From contig NW_021825621.1 of assembly GCF_006345805.1 (NCBI RefSeq), positions 1 through 14,971 of the forward strand: 14,971 nt of DNA, in the 5' to 3' direction. How positions within the stretch are numbered: the first letter of the stretch is position 1; each line of letters starts with the position of its first letter. The notes beneath the pieces are model-generated. The model was not told where the DNA came from, did not search any database, and saw nothing but the letters and a program-made list of their open reading frames with translations. Below are positions 9,193 to 14,971 of the stretch, piece after piece. Made by a program: the position numbers and the translations under genes. Source of the DNA: Octopus sinensis. Lineage: Eukaryota.

Positions 9193-9249
9193 GAGTGGTT
9201 CAACTGCCAATGGAGATTTATTGACTGAGACCAACATGATTCAATTACG
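9193..9249 (+). CDS. Candidate 57-nt exon (phase 2-2), [19 protein letters not shown]; product unidentified
   Basis: Acceptor gtgtttgtctgcag|G, donor CG|GTAATT. Only one of three frames is open and the length is a multiple of 3. Confidence 0.35.
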
Positions 9250-9542
9250 GTAATTAATTACCATTCTCTTCTAATCAGTTATTTCCGAAAACAGATCCTA
9301 TTTCCAATAAACCAATTTATAAAATTTGGCCATATTTTACTTCTTTTTTTTTTATTTTTTTTTTAAGATTCTCTCTTCCGAACATTGATAAGTTATTTAC
9401 ATCTGACTAAGTCTACCGGCGCCGGACTACCGGGGGCCTATGAGAGTAGATCACAATTAGCCGCTTGCTGATATTATTGTTCACCTGAATCATTCACCAT
9501 CTCACTCTTGGTGGCTTCAAAACTAATCCTCTAACCTTTAAA

Positions 9543-9830
9543 CCCAGTTTCGTTAATGGCTACCTGTTGTTCGATGCATTACATCGATCCAGTGAAGCTG
9601 CATGGTTTAATGGATAGAGTATTTGGCTCTCAATCGCAAGTCTGTGCGTTCAATTCTCGGCGGCGCTTTGTGTCCTTTGGTAAGACACCATATTTCACGT
9701 TGACATTTAGACCTAGTTTTGTTAATGGTTACCTGTTGTTAGATACATTATACTGAACCAGTGAAGAAACGTGGCTTAGTAACTTGGGCATTCGGCTCTC
9801 AGTCGCTAGGTCGTGCGTTCAAATCCCGGT
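9543..9830 (+). mobile_element. Old tandem duplication (period 169) of a flank plus family-D tRNA/CORE-like SINE head
   Basis: gttaatgg(c/t)tacctgttgtt at 9552 and 9721. A boxes at 9603 and 9772, B boxes at 9648 and 9817. tgtgtcctttggtaagacac resembles the CORE domain (recall). Confidence 0.75.
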
Positions 9831-9857
9831 GTAGAAATATATATATATATATATATA

Positions 9858-10137
9858 TCACGTGACCGACCAGTCTATCAGATGTAGTTACATATCGCTG
9901 GTCACAATGCGTTCGCATTGTTTTAGCCTTCGAATGACGCCACCTCGCTGGCTAAGCGAGCAGCAGGCCAACAGAAGAGAGAGTGGGAGAAAGAGTGGTG
10001 AAAGAGTACAGCAGGGATCACCACCCTCTGCCGGAGCCTCGATAAACACTCACAACGCCCGGCTGTTCTGGAAATCGAAACCGCGATCCTACGACCGCGA
10101 GTCCGCTGCCATAACCACTGGGCCATTGCGCCTCCAC
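9858..10137 (-). mobile_element. Family-C tRNA-derived SINE
   Basis: Minus strand starts gtggaggcgcaatggcccagtgg (A box, plus coordinates 10115-25) and has ggtttcgatttcc (B box, 10070-82). It ends gtcggtcacgtga, running into (TA)n. Confidence 0.85.
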
Positions 10138-10165
10138 ACACACACACACACACACACACAATATA

Positions 10166-10197
<32 letters not shown>

Positions 10198-10305
10198 GTA
10201 TTTATACATAAACATATTCATATACATATATATATATACATACATACAATATATATATATATATATATATAGATAATATATATATATATATATATTAATA
10301 TATAT

Positions 10306-10339
<34 letters not shown>
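10138..10339. repeat. (CA)n then (TA)n microsatellite
   Basis: Direct observation. Confidence 0.97.
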
Positions 10340-12265
10340 CAGGACTTTCTATTCCAATCTCCTTCAAACATTTGTAATACCTTTGCTTACTCTTCCCAAT
10401 ACATCAATTATTATAGGCATACAATTAGCAGTTTTCATTCTCCAAATTCTTACAATTTCAATTTTAAAGAATTGTATTTTTTTTCTTTCTCTTTCTTTAC
10501 GATGCTGGAATCAAACGGACATGATGGATGAATTAGTATACTACTTTGCTTCTTCCTTGTTTATTATTTTATTGCTATGCCTGGTCTATTGTTTTCTAGC
10601 TTTTTGTCCGTCCGCTTGAATAGGAAAGTCTCACAGAATCTTACATTTCTCCAACTCTAGCACTCTTTCGATCCGATGATCATACCTTGTGTCTCCAACT
10701 TCAAATCCTCATTTCTGGCAAACTTTTACAGCTTGGTCATGCCTCTCTTTCTTATATTCTTCCTGTGCCAACTTCTGGGACATTCTGCAACAATATGTGC
10801 CCCTATTTCGTTCCAAGTTCCACGGACTCTACATTTTTTCTGACACATTCTCCCCATATACATCTTCCTTCTAGTTGTTTACTTTTATCGCTTGATCCTA
10901 GATTGTTACAATTGGGATCCCTTAATTTTTTTTAATTGCCCTTTTTTTCAACCAAGCCCAGGATTTTATTTCACTTCCATCTTCAGTGGCTCACCCAAAA
11001 CCGACCATGCATAGGTTTCTATTCAATCGGTTTAACGTATTCTCTTTGAACTTTATTCTTGTCCTCTTCTCCTATTCCACACTTGATCACCTTAGTTCGT
11101 CTGTGCTATTCCGCAAATATTCTAACAGGTTTTTCTTTTCTATCTGTACGCACTTTTTCACAGCAATTAAGCCTCTTCCACCCTGGTCTTTCTTCATGTA
11201 CAGCTGACTGGTATCAACTTTTGGATGGTGGGCCCTAAACATTGCCAACTGCTTTGTAGCATTTCTATTTTGTCAAGTTTCTGTATGTCCCTTTTGGTCC
11301 TGTCTGCAATTCCAGCACCCTGTCTGATTACGAAGAATTCGCTTCATTAACATTTTTAGAATTCAGCTTTGACTGTAATAATTTTCTCACTCTCCTTGTA
11401 TACTCTCCCCTGGTAATTTGTTTCATTTTTTCATGTTTTACTTCATCTGCTTCCAGTATCCACAAATACTCATGCTACCGTTCTTTCTCAACCGCTTTCA
11501 TTACTTACCGATTTAGCATTTCATTCCCTTGGTTTCCTTCAAATCATCCTCGTTTCATTTTCAAAATATTCTAGTGTACTTTTGGATCCCGAATTCCATA
11601 CCTACAACATTTGGAAAAATGCGACCGATAGGAGTGGCTGTGTGGTAAGTAGCTTGCTAATCAACCACATGCTTCCGAGTTCGGTCCCACTGCGTGGCAT
11701 CTTGGGCGAGTGTCTTCTGCTATAGACCCGGGCCGACCAATGCCTTGTGAGTGGATTTAGTAGACGGAAACTGAAAGAAGCCTGTCGTATATATATATAT
11801 GCATGTGTGTGTTTGTGTGTCTGTGTTTGTCCCCCTAGCATTGCTTGACAACCGATGCTGGTGTGTTTACGTCCCCGTCACTTAGCGGTTCGGCAAAAGA
11901 GACCGATAGAATAAGTACTGGGCTTACAAAAAGAATAAGTCCCGGGGTCGATTTGCTCGACTAAAGGCGGTGCTCCAGCATGGCCGCAGTCAAATGACTG
12001 AAACAAGTAAAAGAGTAAAAGAGAAAAGAGAGTATATATACAAGAATTTCAAGCTGTTTCTCATTTTTCGCATCATCTTTAAAAAGAAGATGATTTATCT
12101 GACCATAACCTTTTCCCCAAATCGCCAGCTATTCGAACTTCTCGCAGTATCAAACTGAGCGGTATTATGGCCAATACAAGTAGTAATAGAGATAAACTAT
12201 CGCCTTCAAATATTCCACATCTGATGTTCACCTTTCCAAGTCTCTTTGCTATTTTTCATTTTACC
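10340..12265 (-). mobile_element. Decayed RLE-type non-LTR retrotransposon fragment (R4/Dong/Rex6-like RT, zinc knuckle, restriction-like endonuclease), split by a SINE
   Basis: Manual minus-strand translation across stops and frameshifts: GKVNIRCGIFEGDSLS (~12187-12235), INHLLFKDD (~12072), GMEFGI, EYTRRVRKLLQSKLNS, HHPKVDTSQLYMKKDQGGRGL (~11168-11230), WAWLKKGQLK, KCR..HIVAEC-KLAQEEYKKERHD (~10735-10836), KIL*DFPIQ, RPGI (10576-87), CPFD, IVRIW..PIII..LG..SK..LKEIGI. Order and motifs fit the R4 clade. Confidence 0.92.
11630..12032 (+). mobile_element. Family-A SINE, full length, inserted into the LINE RT region
   Basis: aggagtggctgtgtgg...gagttcggtccc...aaacaagtaaaagagtaaaagag. The LINE peptide continues on both sides (KQLEILVY / RIF..VGMEFG). 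No clear TSD. Confidence 0.96.
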
Positions 12266-12278
12266 ATTATTATTATTA

Positions 12279-12323
<45 letters not shown>
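12266..12323. repeat. (ATT)n microsatellite
   Basis: Direct observation. Confidence 0.98.
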
Positions 12324-12890
12324 GAGTGAGAGAGCAGTTCATGCCATCAAAGTGACACTGGGGTAAAATATACGAAGCCCAGTATACCCATCATGACTAC
12401 CCGTCTGATAAGGGTAAACCAGGCACATGCATCACAATCATATGTGCGCGATATTGGTGATCTCATATCAAGATAAACAGCACATGACCTTGCAGGTGGG
12501 GCCCAGTTAGAATTTTATTCAGGCTGAATAGCCCATCCCGCTGAAAAGTTCCCTGAATAAGGGTTACTCTTTACTCTTTTCTCTTTTACTTGTTTAAAGA
12601 TGTTGAACGAAACACCCATGTTTCCAAAGGTGAATTATCCAAACCCCAAAGAACCACTCTCAACACATGGCTATGATGCTCCACTATTTCCAATCGTGAT
12701 TAGAGATGCACATATCGTCAGCCACTAAGGGACATGCTCAACTGGTTAAGGTCAAGCAACTGGCAAGCAAATCTGTGGTATTGAGCAGAATATTTGCTGT
12801 AGCCCATCGTTTATACCAAGACAAAACAATGTACATGATAACACTTTCAATCAGTTAAGATCAGAAGCTACGAGAGCCACTGCCTGGTGC

Positions 12891-12891
<1 letters not shown>
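12324..12891. mobile_element. 568-bp element embedded in an (ATT)n microsatellite; unclassified
   Basis: Sharp boundaries with (ATT)n on both sides, no terminal inverted repeats, no ORF in the track. I recall similar sequence as a dispersed octopus repeat (unverified). Confidence 0.65.
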
Positions 12892-12940
<49 letters not shown>

Positions 12941-13059
12941 TATTTTTATCATCATCATTCATCATCTCATCATCATCATCATTATTATATTATTATTATT
13001 TTATATTATTAATATTATTATTATTATTATTATTATATATTATTATTATTATTATTATT

Positions 13060-13128
<69 letters not shown>
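12891..13128. repeat. (ATT)n/(ATC)n degenerate microsatellite
   Basis: Direct observation. Confidence 0.97.
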
Positions 13129-13704
13129 GCCTGTATTTCTTCAGTTTAGTTTACGCCCTGGTTCTAACCGTGTAAAAAGTACAGGTTATCCGACGTATTA
13201 ACCGCAATCTTGAACACCACAATCTTTTACTTGTTTTAAAAATATTTAGTGACACCTTGTGGTCATATCTCAGTGACCTTAAACGAGAATAAAAAAAATA
13301 ACGCAGCGACCTCTATACAGCAAATAAACACTAAGGTGAACATTTAACAGTTTAAAAAAATTTTCTTTTTTAAAATTTTAAACATTTAGTGTGTATGTGT
13401 GTCGTGAAATAAACCGACTGGTAGATTTCGATTCTGTCTGAGGTTTAGAAAACAAAGACCCCATGATGAGTTTTGGCAGGTCTAATGGAATGTAGCTAAG
13501 ATCAAAACGATGACCTTCTAAATTTTATCTGTGACCATGTTTTATTTTTCGTTTCGTTTCGATTCATTCAACAATTTTCTAACAACAGCCGTGTTGGCCC
13601 TGTAACCAGGATAAAGTAATTATACTAAAAAAGTAGAAAAAGACAAGAATATAAACGAATATAAAATGTACAATAGATATAAATATATGTAATAAAAAAA
13701 TAAA

Positions 13705-13942
13705 TTTATATGTGTATGTCTGTGTGTGTGTGTGTATGTATGCATCTATATATATGTATATATATATACATATATATGTATGTATATACATATACATATA
13801 AATATGTGTGCGATTATGTATATAAATGTGTATGTGTATGTTTATATATATATATGTATGTATTTGTGCGCTTCTGTATATAAATGTATATGTGTGTAGA
13901 TATATATATATATATATATGTATGTGTACATTTATTTATGTA

Positions 13943-13992
<50 letters not shown>

Positions 13993-14120
13993 TATATATG
14001 TTTATATCTGTATCGCTATGTGAATCTATATGTATGTATGTATATATCTATATGTGTGTGTATATATATATATATATATATAACTATATGTATATGTGTA
14101 TGTATGCATGTATGTATGTT

Positions 14121-14157
<37 letters not shown>

Positions 14158-14380
14158 GTATACGTGTATGTATGTATGTATGTATGTATGTATGTATGTA
14201 TGTATGTATGTATGTATGTATGTATGTATGTATGTATGCATGTATGTATGTATATATGCATGCATGTATGTATGTATGTATGTATGTATGTATGTATGGG
14301 TATGTATGTGTATGTATATATATATATATATATATATGTGTGTATGTATGTATGTATGTATGTATGTATGTATGTATATA
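13705..14380. repeat. Compound (TATG)n/(TA)n/(TG)n microsatellite
   Basis: Direct observation; explains the MYVC/YIHT ORFs from 13579 to 14487. Confidence 0.97.
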
Positions 14381-14559
14381 TGAAGATTGTATTCCATTGC
14401 AACACAAACAAAAACAAGTGTTGCGCTACAACAATGTCTGCTCTGTAATAATAAGGAAAGAATAATAAGGAAAGAGAAAAAATTCAATTTTCAGCAATAT
14501 TATTATGAAGAATTATATCTGACAAAATATATCGGAGTTAAATTAGTTGATGGCTTCCA

Positions 14560-14920
14560 GTCTCTCTTCTTTCTTCCTATATCTTCCTCTCTCTTTCTCT
14601 CTCTCTCTCTCCCTTTTTCTGTTTCTCTTTAAGTATTTCCTCTTCCCGCTATCTATATGTCGTTCTCTCTTCATCTTTCGTTTTATGTATCCCTCTTTCG
14701 GTCGCCATGTTTATTTTTCTCTTATGTACTTCTCCGAATATTGCATTCTCTCTCGGTCTGTCTGTTTCACTAAGGATCTTTTTTCTTCTCTTTTACTTCT
14801 TCCTCGCCTTTTTCTTCTACATCTCTCTTTCCCTTTCTTTTCTCGCACACACACACACATACACATACATACACTGACACATATACATACATTTATACAC
14901 ACACACACACGTACATACAT
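14560..14920. repeat. CT-rich low-complexity tract followed by (CA)/(CATA)n
   Basis: Direct observation. Confidence 0.85.
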
Positions 14921-14971
14921 ACGGAGCGAGAGTAGGAGAGCCAGACTGTGATGGAGGAGGCAAACAGACTG

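Noticed and set aside
13145-13184. Possible micro-exon FSLRPGSNRVKST
   Set aside because: Weak donor (GTTATC), short length and no other support.
315-14951. Long ORFs of poly-I/L/Y/M, YIYI, MYVC and HTHT type
   Set aside because: They are translations of (TA)n, (AAT)n, (TATG)n and (CA)n microsatellites.

Overview
AT-rich, repeat-saturated eukaryotic DNA, probably intronic or intergenic. The repeat families look like those of cephalopods (Octopus-like); that assignment comes from my recall of the families, not a search. No intact gene is visible, and almost all ORFs in the track come from microsatellites or SINEs. Contents: (i) four tRNA-derived SINE families, labelled A-D here, as full, truncated, nested and tandem copies; (ii) a decayed ~1.5-kb fragment of a restriction-like-endonuclease non-LTR retrotransposon (R4/Dong-like) on the minus strand, with RT, zinc-knuckle and RLE motifs readable across stops and frameshifts; (iii) a 396-bp non-autonomous Helitron with canonical ends; (iv) a 568-bp element flanked on both sides by (ATT)n; (v) large (TA)n, (AAT)n and (TATG)n arrays; (vi) a few weak plus-strand exon candidates. 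The best leads are a type I hammerhead-ribozyme-like fold at 1410-1478, a hairpin-rich GC-rich ~200-bp insert that replaces part of a SINE at 7188-7390, and a possible (TAA)n-targeting LINE plus non-autonomous partner at 10340-13128.
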